From a virus: a DNA stretch of 64,000 nucleotides. The stretch is from the IMG/VR virus record IMGVR_UViG_3300042673_002246; one strand, 5' to 3'. Under the pieces are notes generated by a model, which searched no databases, was not told the DNA's origin, and saw only the letters and a list, made by a program, of their open reading frames with translations. Shown here in pieces: positions 49,072 through 58,827 of this stretch. Position numbers and translations under genes: made by a program. Numbering within the stretch: position 1 is the first letter of the stretch; every line of letters starts with the position of its first letter.

Positions 49072-49886
49072 GTACGACAGAATTCCTTGAACAGCAGTAC
49101 GCAGAACTAACCGTTCCGGCACCAGAACCAGGCCCAGCTGACTGGAATGACAACGGCTTCGTGATTAAAAAAGGACTTCTTCCAGAAGAACTAATGGAAC
49201 GCTACGAAGCTTGCTGGATTGAAAACAACGCAGAATACGTAGACGGTCAATTCTCAATGACTCGACCTGGAGGTTGGCCAGACTGCACGCCATACAGAAG
49301 ACACCCAGAGGTAATGGAAATCCTTACGTTCAAGGGAATTAACGACACAATGGAAGAGCTCATTGGCGAACCGGCGGCCGTTCACCTTAACCTGACTGGA
49401 TGGGTTACAACAACAAGAAACTGGCATCAAGATACATACCTAAATCCAGAACATGTAGGAGATTTTTATGTTGCAATATGGATTGCGCTTGAAACAATCA
49501 ATCCAGATTCTGGTCCGTTTCAACTAATACCTGGCTCACACAGGTGGCCTACGGTAACACGGGAAAAAATTCTCCAGGTACTTCCGCCGGAAAAACGAGA
49601 TTATCGATGGCCTACATACAGCGAAGAAATTCTTACCCCTATATTTACTCATCAAATTGAAAAGCGTAATGCTGAAGTTTTAACATACCTGCCAGAACGC
49701 GGTGACGTTTTATTTTGGCATGGACGACTTCTTCACAGGGGTTCTTTACCAAACCAAACGGGAATGATTAGAAAATCACTTATTGCCCATTATTCCGGAA
49801 TTAATCATAGAAGTGACATGCCAAAAGCAGAGCGCCACGGAGATGGTTGGTACTTCCCAATCGATGGCGGAAATGTAGGACGATAA
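49068..49886 (+). CDS. Phytanoyl-CoA dioxygenase (PhyH)-family 2OG-Fe(II) oxygenase
   Basis: WHQD, WIALE, GPFQLIPGSH, GDVLFWHGRLLHRG. Confidence 0.9.
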   Translation: MSTTEFLEQQYAELTVPAPEPGPADWNDNGFVIKKGLLPEELMERYEACWIENNAEYVDGQFSMTRPGGWPDCTPYRRHPEVMEILTFKGINDTMEELIGEPAAVHLNLTGWVTTTRNWHQDTYLNPEHVGDFYVAIWIALETINPDSGPFQLIPGSHRWPTVTREKILQVLPPEKRDYRWPTYSEEILTPIFTHQIEKRNAEVLTYLPERGDVLFWHGRLLHRGSLPNQTGMIRKSLIAHYSGINHRSDMPKAERHGDGWYFPIDGGNVGR

Positions 49887-50461
49887 TGAATTTACTTAAT
49901 GCCGGCTGTGGAACTCATTACGCAAAAGGATGGGTCAATACCGATACATGGGTTACTGAGGACACGCGACCAGACGTTCGTGTTGAGCCCGGCAAACCCT
50001 ATCCATTTGACGACAATTATTTTGACGCAGTATTTCTTGGGCATGTGCTTGAGCACATTCCATGGAAAGAAGTGCCTGCATTCGTTTCCGATATGAAACG
50101 AATAGCAAAACCTGGAGCACAGTTCCTTATTTGTGGACCAGACGTCAGACGAACAATCAAGCGATGGGCTCAGGGACAAGAGCCATGGGAAATGGTCTTG
50201 TCAGTCATGGAGCACCTTGATGTTGAAGATACGCATGTTCCCGGCCTTGAGTGGTGGGATGGTGCGCACCACCACTGGAACTGTCATCACGACAGAGTTT
50301 GGAAACTCTTACATCAGGCTGGATTTACTGAAATGCAAGACGTTTTTGACGTCATACCCAAAGACCCATCTGGCAGCAGCTGGATGAACGATGGTATCAA
50401 GTGGCCAGTTGTTGGTCATTGGCATTGGCACTTCGCAATTATGTGCACAAACAACAAATGA
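49886..50461 (+). CDS. SAM-dependent methyltransferase (type 11)
   Basis: LNAGCG, PFDDNYFD, HVLEH. Confidence 0.85.
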   Translation: MNLLNAGCGTHYAKGWVNTDTWVTEDTRPDVRVEPGKPYPFDDNYFDAVFLGHVLEHIPWKEVPAFVSDMKRIAKPGAQFLICGPDVRRTIKRWAQGQEPWEMVLSVMEHLDVEDTHVPGLEWWDGAHHHWNCHHDRVWKLLHQAGFTEMQDVFDVIPKDPSGSSWMNDGIKWPVVGHWHWHFAIMCTNNK

Positions 50462-50554
50462 CGCAAGTTGCTTTTATTTAAATTGATTTAATAAATTATA
50501 TTTAGCACACTCCAAAAAAATGCTAGAATTAGTGGTATTTTTTTGGAGGTGTAG

Positions 50555-53500
50555 GTGTTCAGAAGGCGTAACCGTGTAAACAAACCTGCTCTTGTGATGG
50601 CAGTTCCGTCAGTATTTTTTCTGCTTATCTCGATTTTTGGTTTTTCCGTGCCCGCTGGGGCGACATTCACCACAAATACTCAAATATCCAATGGACAAGC
50701 CTTCCTTCAAGGAGAGTATGCCGAAGTTGGCGTACGAGCCAACGGAGCCTTTGGCTCAACGAGCGTTCCTTCGGGTTTCCACGCAAACCCAACAAACTGC
50801 CTCGGATTCCGAGTTGACCGTGAAATGGACGGCTGGGGTGAAACAACGGATGACGGAGACTACTTCTGTCCAGGCTCACCTTTTGAGGGCTGGCAAATGA
50901 AGGTTGCTGGGAGTATTGGCAAAAACGACCACGGTCAAACACTTATCGCAGGTGCGGTTTCTGACATTCAAGACTCTGGCTCGTCTCAATGCGTTTCTTG
51001 GATTAGTGCCAGCCCATTCAACGGCGTAAGTGTTTCGCAAAGGTACTGCGTTCCAACGGCAGGGCAAGCGCTTCATACGGACGTGACTCTTACCAACACA
51101 ACCGAGTCCGCAATTAGTGATGTGTATTTTGGTCGAGGCTTTGACCCAGACAACGCAACTGGCTCTGGCTCTATGACTTGTGCTGGTGGAACCGTGAGTA
51201 CATCAATGTTCCAGTCTTGCAACGGTGTAACTGGTCAAGGAACAGAAGCACAAGCAACAGCAAGGTGGGGAAATAACGCATTTATTGCTCTTCAGTCATT
51301 TGACGCTCGTGCTCGTGTTGCTAGACAAACTGGTGGATTTTCTTCCCCAGACCCTGCTGACATTTGGAACGCTGGAAACACACTTGCAACTAGCGGAACA
51401 TATCTTGGCAATGTTGGAGAAATGTATGCCGACGCAGGAATATACGTTGCCCTGAATGTTCCAACACTTGGAGCTGGCTCTTCAACTTCGTTCCGCATTA
51501 GCTATGTTCTTTCGGCTGATGGAAACAATGCCCCAGTTCTTGGCTCTCCGGTTGTAAGCGGTATTGGCCAGACTTCTGCGACTATTGCTTCAACAGTTAA
51601 CCCAAAGGGTTTCTCTACCACAGCAGAATTGGTCTACTCAACTGACCCGGACTTTGGAACTTCTAGCACAATATCAATGGGGACTTTTACTGGTTCAGAT
51701 GAAGTAGCTATTGATGCAGAGATTACTGGTCTTGACCCAAGCGAAACCTACTACGCAAAGATTGTTGCAACTAATGAAACTGGAACAACAGAGTCTGCTG
51801 TATTTGACTTTGAAACCCTTGCAGCTACTGCGCCAATAGTTTCATCAGAGGAACCAACTGTCACAGTTGATGACGGTCCTGTGACGCTGTCCGGAACGCT
51901 AAACCCCAATGGATTTAGTTCTACAGCTGTATTTCAATACAGCACGACGGCTGACTTCTCTGGAACTGTCGTTGACATTCCGGTCTCTGGAACTTTTACT
52001 GGCACATCTCTTTCAACCGTATCAACAGTTGTTGAAGGCTTGACTGGTTCAACCACCTACTACTTCAGACTAAAAGTCACTAATGCTTCAGGCTCGGCAT
52101 ATGGCTCAACTCTTTCTTTTGTTCCTGCCGACATTCCTGCCCCCACTGCTGCTTACCTGAATCCAGTTACAAACCTGACGGCTGTTGCAAACGCAGACGG
52201 AAGTGTTGACCTTGATTGGGATGCATCGGCGGCAAGCAATACCGCCATCTATGGTTACTCGGTTAGTTTTTATGACCTAACCGTGATTGGTGGAGCCACG
52301 TCAGGAGGCTGGGGAGTTTGGACTAATCAAGGAACCAACTACTCGTTAAGCACTGGGATGTTTTCTGGAAGTAATCCTGTCACGACTGGATATGGACCAG
52401 TTCGTTTCGGTATCAAAGCGGGAAATCAGAGTTGTTTCTCCAACGAAGGAGTGGGTCCGTGCGTGTACGGACCAGAAGTGACTGTTGATGCAACTGTTCT
52501 TGACCCGACTCCAGTAACTACTACTACTACTACTACTACAACTACGACCAGTACGACTGTCGCTCCTGTCGTCGTGACTCCCCCATACGGTACAACAGTG
52601 CCACTCCCGCAATACCCAGAGCCTGAAACAGAATCCACAACGGTGCCGCTTCCCGTAGAAACAGAACCTGGAATCGAATTGCCGACAGAGACAATTCCAG
52701 AATATTCAGAACCAATTGGAATAGACCCAACAGAAACCGAAACGGTAGTAATAATAATTCCACCAGATGATTATACCGTCACAGACATAGAAGACAACGA
52801 GCCAATCACGACGGTCATACTGGACAATATTCTTGAAGATACGTTCACTACCGATATTGACGCTGACGAGGTTGGCACTGTTCTTGACACACTTCTTGGC
52901 GCAGAACTTACCGACACTCAGTTTGACAATGTCCTAGAAGCCGTGTTTACCGAAGATGTTTCGGCAGATGTATTCACCGAAGCACTGACGACGATGCTGG
53001 ATGCAGACATCACTAGCGCACAGTTGACGGCAGTTTTGGATTCAGCGTTCTCAGAAGATACTTCTGCTGAGAATATGGTGTCGGCTTTGGTGTCAATCTT
53101 TGATGGTCCGCTTAGTTCTGGCGACCTAGACACAGTTATGGCAGCCGTATTTGACGAAGATATATCGGTTGCGGACACTATGACCGTACTTGGAGACTTG
53201 CTTGAAACAAACCTAAGCGCGTCAGAAACAGAAGCAATCTTTGACAGCGTGTTTGACAGTGACCTTTCCGACGCAGAAACCATTGACCTCATCGTTGATG
53301 TGTTGGAGGAAGAACTCACCTCAGAGTTGTTGAACACTGTTCTTGGTGCGGTCTTTGACGAAGAAGTAAGCAACGAGGTTTTGATTGAAACCTTCACCGC
53401 AGTCTTGGGTAATGAACTAGACGCTGAGTCTGTTGGTGTAATCGTGGATGTGTTGGAATCTGACACGATTTCAAGCGAGCAGGTCGGACAAGTCGTCACG

Positions 53501-54193
53501 TTGGTAATTGAGCAAGAGGGTGGCATTGAGTCAGGACAAGCAACCGAACTTGCAACTAGCGCCAAGGTTCTCGAAAGCATTGACGGCGAACAAGCAGCCT
53601 CAGTGTTTAACGCAATCGTTGTTGCCGAAGTTTCCGAAGAAGCGGGTGCTGCAATTTCAGAAGCACTCACCGAGGCGCCAACCGATGTTAAGGAATCATT
53701 TGAAGAAGAAATCAACGTATTCGCCGGAGTGTTTGATACGTATACCGCATTGGGTTCTTCTATAGATGTTGGTACAAGAAGAAGCGTAATTGCGGTAAAC
53801 TTGGTGACCAGTACTGTGGCTCTAGCCGCTGCTGCTGGTGGAATACCAACCCCAGGCTCTAGTCCATCTAGCCCATCTGGCCCAAGACAAGACGTTGCGG
53901 TCCGCAGGGAGGACGAAGAAGCCGAGGAAGGTGGAGCAATCGAGGGCGAAGGTCCTGAATGGATTAAGAGAATATCTATTTACAAATACGAAGATGGAGT
54001 AAGAGTTATGGACTGGAAGAATTTCACTAAGAAATTTGTTTACGGAGTGATGGGCTCTGGATTCACTCTTGCTGGGGCAGTGGTGATGTACTTCACATTG
54101 TCCGGGTTTACCCAGCAGGTAGCGCTATGGGGTACGTCAATCGCATTTGCTTGCGCGATGTACCTCCACATGAAAGAGCCAGATGGGGAATAA
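50555..54193 (+). CDS. Giant secreted, C-terminally membrane-anchored surface protein (FN3, Thr-rich linker, acidic 17-aa repeats)
   Basis: Basic plus hydrophobic signal peptide ending AGA; FN3-like units; poly-Thr; two C-terminal hydrophobic helices. Confidence 0.7.
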   Translation: MFRRRNRVNKPALVMAVPSVFFLLISIFGFSVPAGATFTTNTQISNGQAFLQGEYAEVGVRANGAFGSTSVPSGFHANPTNCLGFRVDREMDGWGETTDDGDYFCPGSPFEGWQMKVAGSIGKNDHGQTLIAGAVSDIQDSGSSQCVSWISASPFNGVSVSQRYCVPTAGQALHTDVTLTNTTESAISDVYFGRGFDPDNATGSGSMTCAGGTVSTSMFQSCNGVTGQGTEAQATARWGNNAFIALQSFDARARVARQTGGFSSPDPADIWNAGNTLATSGTYLGNVGEMYADAGIYVALNVPTLGAGSSTSFRISYVLSADGNNAPVLGSPVVSGIGQTSATIASTVNPKGFSTTAELVYSTDPDFGTSSTISMGTFTGSDEVAIDAEITGLDPSETYYAKIVATNETGTTESAVFDFETLAATAPIVSSEEPTVTVDDGPVTLSGTLNPNGFSSTAVFQYSTTADFSGTVVDIPVSGTFTGTSLSTVSTVVEGLTGSTTYYFRLKVTNASGSAYGSTLSFVPADIPAPTAAYLNPVTNLTAVANADGSVDLDWDASAASNTAIYGYSVSFYDLTVIGGATSGGWGVWTNQGTNYSLSTGMFSGSNPVTTGYGPVRFGIKAGNQSCFSNEGVGPCVYGPEVTVDATVLDPTPVTTTTTTTTTTTSTTVAPVVVTPPYGTTVPLPQYPEPETESTTVPLPVETEPGIELPTETIPEYSEPIGIDPTETETVVIIIPPDDYTVTDIEDNEPITTVILDNILEDTFTTDIDADEVGTVLDTLLGAELTDTQFDNVLEAVFTEDVSADVFTEALTTMLDADITSAQLTAVLDSAFSEDTSAENMVSALVSIFDGPLSSGDLDTVMAAVFDEDISVADTMTVLGDLLETNLSASETEAIFDSVFDSDLSDAETIDLIVDVLEEELTSELLNTVLGAVFDEEVSNEVLIETFTAVLGNELDAESVGVIVDVLESDTISSEQVGQVVTLVIEQEGGIESGQATELATSAKVLESIDGEQAASVFNAIVVAEVSEEAGAAISEALTEAPTDVKESFEEEINVFAGVFDTYTALGSSIDVGTRRSVIAVNLVTSTVALAAAAGGIPTPGSSPSSPSGPRQDVAVRREDEEAEEGGAIEGEGPEWIKRISIYKYEDGVRVMDWKNFTKKFVYGVMGSGFTLAGAVVMYFTLSGFTQQVALWGTSIAFACAMYLHMKEPDGE

Positions 54194-54289
54194 GTACTCA
54201 ATTTAGTAACTTATTATTATCCAACTTTTGTTGTAAAATCTTTTAGCGTTCTTTAGCGCTCTCAGTTATTTGCACGAAAAGAGTTGACA

Positions 54290-55051
54290 ATGAGCAAGCT
54301 TGCATGGGATTACATCGTCCCCGTAGTTCTTCCAAAAGACCTTAAAGGCATCGAACCAGGAAAGCTCCCTGCCAATCTTTTAAGAGCTGTCCCAGGCGGT
54401 GGGAAAATGCATTGGATTGCTGCATCCGCATGGACGGCAATGGTTGAGAAAGCAAAAGCTGAAGGTGTTGAACTAAAACCGACTTCCAGCGGCGATACAT
54501 ATAGAGATTACGAGAGCCAAAAAAAAGGATTTCTCACCAGATACCAGCTTGAGCCAGTAGCCGGTACCAGCACAAAAACATTTGAGGGGAAGACTTGGTA
54601 TCTCAAGAAGGGTATGGCGATGCTTGCCACGCCGGGTAAATCGCAGCATAACCTCGGCTTGGCCGTTGACGTTCATTCAGCATCAGAACCAAAGCGCCTC
54701 AACTGGCTTATTGCAAATGTTAAAGAGTTTGGTTTCTCATGGGAAGTGGTTCCATCAGAGCCATGGCACCTTCGATATGTCAACGGCGACAATGTTCCGG
54801 CATCTGTAAAAGCATGGATGGACGCAAACGGAGTAGTTGCTCCAGCAGGTGGTGCTCCAGCCCCAGCATCTGGTAGCAACGACATAAGCAAGCTCCAAGA
54901 AGCACTTAAGGCTAAGGGTTTCTATAAGGGCGCAATCAACGGGCAAAAAGATGCCGCAACCGACGAAGCAATTAAGGCGTTTAAAATTGCCAACAATCTT
55001 GCAGCTGACTCGGTAGCTGGTCCAAAAGTAAAAGAACTTCTCGGCCTTTAA
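54290..55051 (+). CDS. Endolysin: M15B/VanY-like peptidase plus peptidoglycan-binding domain
   Basis: YR...SQHNLGLAVD...EPWH; C-terminus LQEALKAKGFY...AIKAFK...DSVAGP. Confidence 0.85.
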   Translation: MSKLAWDYIVPVVLPKDLKGIEPGKLPANLLRAVPGGGKMHWIAASAWTAMVEKAKAEGVELKPTSSGDTYRDYESQKKGFLTRYQLEPVAGTSTKTFEGKTWYLKKGMAMLATPGKSQHNLGLAVDVHSASEPKRLNWLIANVKEFGFSWEVVPSEPWHLRYVNGDNVPASVKAWMDANGVVAPAGGAPAPASGSNDISKLQEALKAKGFYKGAINGQKDAATDEAIKAFKIANNLAADSVAGPKVKELLGL

Positions 55052-55067
55052 CAACAATCGAGGGACT

Positions 55068-55319
55068 ATGCAACAAGCAATTCTTCCAGCAATAATCACA
55101 GGGTGTTTCGGAATTCTTATTGCCCTTGTGCAAAAGGGCAGAAAAGAAAACACACGCGACCACGGAATTGTCGCCGAACGCCTAGAAGCACTGCGTGAAG
55201 ATATTCACGATATTGATTTAGATATAGCTGTAATTGAAGCAAAAATAGATGGCCATATCAACGACCATGCCGTTGGTTTGGTTAGCGAGATACGACACAA
55301 GAAAAAGAGCAAGGTATGA
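55068..55319 (+). CDS. Lysis-cassette membrane protein (1 TM plus coiled coil)
   Basis: Follows the endolysin; N-terminal hydrophobic helix. Confidence 0.6.
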   Translation: MQQAILPAIITGCFGILIALVQKGRKENTRDHGIVAERLEALREDIHDIDLDIAVIEAKIDGHINDHAVGLVSEIRHKKKSKV

Positions 55320-55606
55320 ATAACTTAAAGCACATCGTGCTTAGAATTCTTGCTGTTTTTGCATCAAATGCTCTTGGCGTCATCGGAGCTGGTGCAATTG
55401 CTGGAATCCCACTGTGGAAAGCATGCTTTGTTGCCGGCATAGGCGGCGTAGCAACTGTTGTGGAAAGACTCGCTCGTGCATATATGGATGACGGTAAACT
55501 CTCTGTTGCAGAAATAGACGGAGCCTTCAGCCAGGCCAGACAAGAGGTCGAGGCAAAAGCGGAAGAGGCATCTGCGACTAAGAAAGAAAAATCAGCAACT
55601 GCATAA
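55316..55606 (+). CDS. Putative holin
   Basis: Two hydrophobic segments, charged C-terminus, ATGA coupling. Confidence 0.6.
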   Translation: MNNLKHIVLRILAVFASNALGVIGAGAIAGIPLWKACFVAGIGGVATVVERLARAYMDDGKLSVAEIDGAFSQARQEVEAKAEEASATKKEKSATA

Positions 55607-55710
55607 TTTGCTGCAACTAAATACCTACACCTATTTGACATTTTGCTGTGATAACTTTTTGTTGTCCCACCGCGCCCAAGGTCGAACCACAATTTTGAAA
55701 TTTATCCGAA

Positions 55711-56073
55711 ATGCCCGCACCTAAAGAGATAGAACAACTATGGCACTGTGATGGCCACGAACTTCTTCTTAGGATAAACCGTGCTGAACTCGAAATACTC
55801 TCCATCTTCTGTCCACATGAGGAAAAAGATGGGCCATGCAAGAATCGGAAAGGCGAGTGCATAGTCTCAACACACATCACCAGATACGGGATGGACTGCA
55901 ATGGTGGCGTATCTCCGGCAATGGAGAAGCTATCTCTCTGCTGGACGCTTATAGGAGATGTAGATGATATCGATTCTTCACAGCTGTGGTTTATGCCGAC
56001 ATCCGACGATGTGTTTCAAGCATGGATTATTGCGAACAACGAAGACGAAGAAACTACTGAGAGCGATACTTAG
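55711..56073 (+). CDS. Hypothetical protein
   Basis: 120-aa Cys-containing ORF. Confidence 0.6.
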   Translation: MPAPKEIEQLWHCDGHELLLRINRAELEILSIFCPHEEKDGPCKNRKGECIVSTHITRYGMDCNGGVSPAMEKLSLCWTLIGDVDDIDSSQLWFMPTSDDVFQAWIIANNEDEETTESDT

Positions 56074-56518
56074 ATTTTTGACTTGCTCGTCTATTTTTAA
56101 TTAATCTCATCCTGTTTTCGACAGCAATAAGTATTTCTTCTTCTTCGTCATACTTGTCCATGCTGTCTGATTTTGCAATATTTGATATCTGCTTATTTGT
56201 ATTAGCTACATACCTTTTGCCAAGAAATCTTTCTTTTTGACCGCGGTAAACAGCGGCTGATTTAAAAATCTGCTCAATTCCATTTTCTGTTATGAGCCAC
56301 TCATCCTCTGATGCCCGGGATATGTAGCCATTTTTCTCCAAAGACTTTAATTGCTCTTTAGCGCGAGAGATTCCAGTTTCATGGAACACACCCCGAAGGC
56401 ATTCTTTTAATTGAATTGCGCTAAATGACCGTCCGTAAGACTTCATCATTTTTGCGAAGCAAAGGGTGTTGTACCCAGCTGAGTTGTAAACGACTAATCC
56501 TTTTGTTGAGCCTGGCAT
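56054..56518 (-). CDS. Winged-helix-like protein
   Basis: LKSLEKNGYI...WLITENG. Confidence 0.55.
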   Translation of the reverse strand: MPGSTKGLVVYNSAGYNTLCFAKMMKSYGRSFSAIQLKECLRGVFHETGISRAKEQLKSLEKNGYISRASEDEWLITENGIEQIFKSAAVYRGQKERFLGKRYVANTNKQISNIAKSDSMDKYDEEEEILIAVENRMRLIKNRRASQKSKYRSQ

Positions 56519-56532
56519 GAGCTGGAAGCGTA

Positions 56533-56982
56533 TTAGAAGGGTTCTTGTTCTACAACTTCATCTTCGTTTTTTTCTTGCGTTGAGTACATCGATTCAATCG
56601 CATTGGCAAAATGTCGTATATCAGGTTGCTCAAGAACGAGATTTTGGTTAACCCGATAAATATTTTGGCGATTGACTTTTGTCTTTGTAATTAGACCAGC
56701 ATTAATCAGCTGCTTAACTGTTTTGTCAATCATGGTTTCGCTTAAATCTAAGTATACAGAAATTGCGCGAATAGTCATAGTCGGGTCTTCAATTATCGCA
56801 ATCAACACACGTCCAGGTGTTGATAGAAGACCTATGTCAGAATCACGATGGTAACGCAAAACCTTCTTGCTGTCTAATGCGCGAAGTATTTTCTCAAGCG
56901 TTTCTTCCGTCGACTCCCCAGGTCTCGCATCGATAACTTCTTCCAAAGCTTTTTTAATGTCTTCAGTTTTTTGTGCCCTCAT
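56533..56982 (-). CDS. MarR-like winged HTH regulator
   Basis: PTMTIRAISVYLDLSETMIDKTVKQLINAGLI. Confidence 0.75.
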   Translation of the reverse strand: MRAQKTEDIKKALEEVIDARPGESTEETLEKILRALDSKKVLRYHRDSDIGLLSTPGRVLIAIIEDPTMTIRAISVYLDLSETMIDKTVKQLINAGLITKTKVNRQNIYRVNQNLVLEQPDIRHFANAIESMYSTQEKNEDEVVEQEPF

Positions 56983-57101
56983 GACATGTCACCCGCTCCC
57001 CACGTCCATGGTGTACTATCAATTGGGGTCACGACAGAGGTCACACCACAATTCACAGTCGGTAAACGATTCATACCAAGAGAGAGTAGCAGGTGGGGAT
57101 A

Positions 57102-57371
57102 ATGCTAAAAGATGCATTGAATTCGCTAAAGGCGACGCAGGGTAAACAACAGCTATGTAAGTTGGGAAGATTGGTCACTGACCTCGAAGACGATGAATCA
57201 CAGCTTCTTATTGACATCCTGCGTAGCGACGTGTCCACAATGAATTTAGTTCGGACACTGAAGTCAGAAGGCATATCGCTAAGTCGAGAATTTCTCGGAG
57301 AGAAAAGAAATTGCTTCAAAGATGACGATGAAGCACGGACATGCTGCATAGCAGAGAGGCTAAAGAAATGA
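57102..57371 (+). CDS. Hypothetical protein
   Basis: Coupled to the phosphoesterase gene (ATGA). Confidence 0.6.
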   Translation: MLKDALNSLKATQGKQQLCKLGRLVTDLEDDESQLLIDILRSDVSTMNLVRTLKSEGISLSREFLGEKRNCFKDDDEARTCCIAERLKK

Positions 57372-58585
57372 CCACAAAGAAAAAGCCAACATCAAAACTG
57401 GGTGAAAAATTAAAAGCCGTCAAGGTGGCCCAGCAAAAAGAAGATGCTAGCGCCAAGGCTCTCGGTGATATCGCAGCGATGCTCAAGGCCAAAAACATCG
57501 ACCCGTCCGAAATTGGGACTATTAACAAAGTGTCGTTGTATCAGACGGTAACAAAGAACGAATTGGGCGAGACGGAAGTCCATAATTTGCAAGCAATTCA
57601 GTTCAGCCCCACTTGGGACCAGGGGCCACAGTGGCCACTAATTGAACAAGGCCCCAAGATACAACTACAAAAGTCAACGACAAAAGTCACCCGTCCGAAA
57701 GGCTGGGAAGAGGCTGTCATCGTACCTGATATACAAATCGGCTTTTACCGTAAATCATTGGATTCTATGGACCTGGAACCAATCCACGACGAGCAGGCAA
57801 TAGCAGTAGCCTTGAAACTGATTGAAGACATCCAGCCAAATCAAGTGGTGATGGTCGGAGACAACTTAGACTTTGCAGAATTCGGCAAATTTTTGACTGC
57901 TGCTCCGTTTAAGCAACTAGTTCAGGCAGCTATCGACAGGGCAACAATGCTTTGTGCCCAAATTAGGTCAGCTGCACCAAATGCAAAAATCTCGTGGATT
58001 GCCGGCAACCACGAAGCCAGAATGGCGAGATATGTCCAAACCAACGCCGAAGCCGCCTTCGGAATCACTAGAGGCAAACTCAATGACGAATTGAGGGATA
58101 ACTGGCCAGCCATGTCGGTTCCATACCTTTGTCGAATGGACGAGTTCGGGGTTGACTATATTCCTGGATACCCAGAGTCCTATGTCAGCCTGAATGAAAA
58201 CCTGATGGTTATCCACGGACACAAGGTTACGTCCAATGGTTCAACGACCAGTAAGTACCTAAATGACGCCCATGTGTCGGTGATATACGGACATATCCAC
58301 AGGACAGAGTATGCCTTCCGCACTCGTCTGTCCAAGAATGGTCCAAGAACCATCATGGCGGCAAGTCCTGGCTGTCTCTGCAGGATAGACGGCGCAGTTC
58401 CTTCCACGAAATCTGGCGCAGATGAATTCGGACGTCCTATGCTCATGGGAGCAGAGAACTGGCAACAGGGAATGGCAGTAGTCCAGTACCAGCCGCCAGG
58501 GGTAGGCAACGAATGGTTCAACTACGAGCCAATGTGGATTTATAACGGACGAGGATTCTTCCGAGGCAAGGAGTACAGCGCATGA
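57368..58585 (+). CDS. Calcineurin-like metallophosphoesterase
   Basis: PDIQ, GDNLD, GNHE, HGH, GHIH. Confidence 0.85.
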   Translation: MTTKKKPTSKLGEKLKAVKVAQQKEDASAKALGDIAAMLKAKNIDPSEIGTINKVSLYQTVTKNELGETEVHNLQAIQFSPTWDQGPQWPLIEQGPKIQLQKSTTKVTRPKGWEEAVIVPDIQIGFYRKSLDSMDLEPIHDEQAIAVALKLIEDIQPNQVVMVGDNLDFAEFGKFLTAAPFKQLVQAAIDRATMLCAQIRSAAPNAKISWIAGNHEARMARYVQTNAEAAFGITRGKLNDELRDNWPAMSVPYLCRMDEFGVDYIPGYPESYVSLNENLMVIHGHKVTSNGSTTSKYLNDAHVSVIYGHIHRTEYAFRTRLSKNGPRTIMAASPGCLCRIDGAVPSTKSGADEFGRPMLMGAENWQQGMAVVQYQPPGVGNEWFNYEPMWIYNGRGFFRGKEYSA

Positions 58586-58827
58586 GTTCAAACGACCTTC
58601 CGCAAGAGTGGAGCGACTATTCAAAAGAAAACCTCCTCGAGGACATGGAACTTCTGAGGAAACAAGGTTTGATTGAAGTAGTAGGGATAAATAGTGACGG
58701 TGATTGGCTGTACGCCCTCACCGAATCAACAAGAAAGTTAATTGACGAAAACAAGTCAGACGACCCTTGGGCTGTGATATCACAACTACTCATCGATGAA
58801 CTACCGAATAGAGACGATATCAGTTGA
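58582..58827 (+). CDS. Hypothetical protein (winged-helix-like)
   Basis: LRKQGLIEV...YALTE; coupled on both sides. Confidence 0.55.
   Translation: MSSNDLPQEWSDYSKENLLEDMELLRKQGLIEVVGINSDGDWLYALTESTRKLIDENKSDDPWAVISQLLIDELPNRDDIS

Noticed and set aside
52918-53715. 265-aa Ser-rich antisense ORF
   Set aside because: Shadow of the acidic repeat region of the surface protein.
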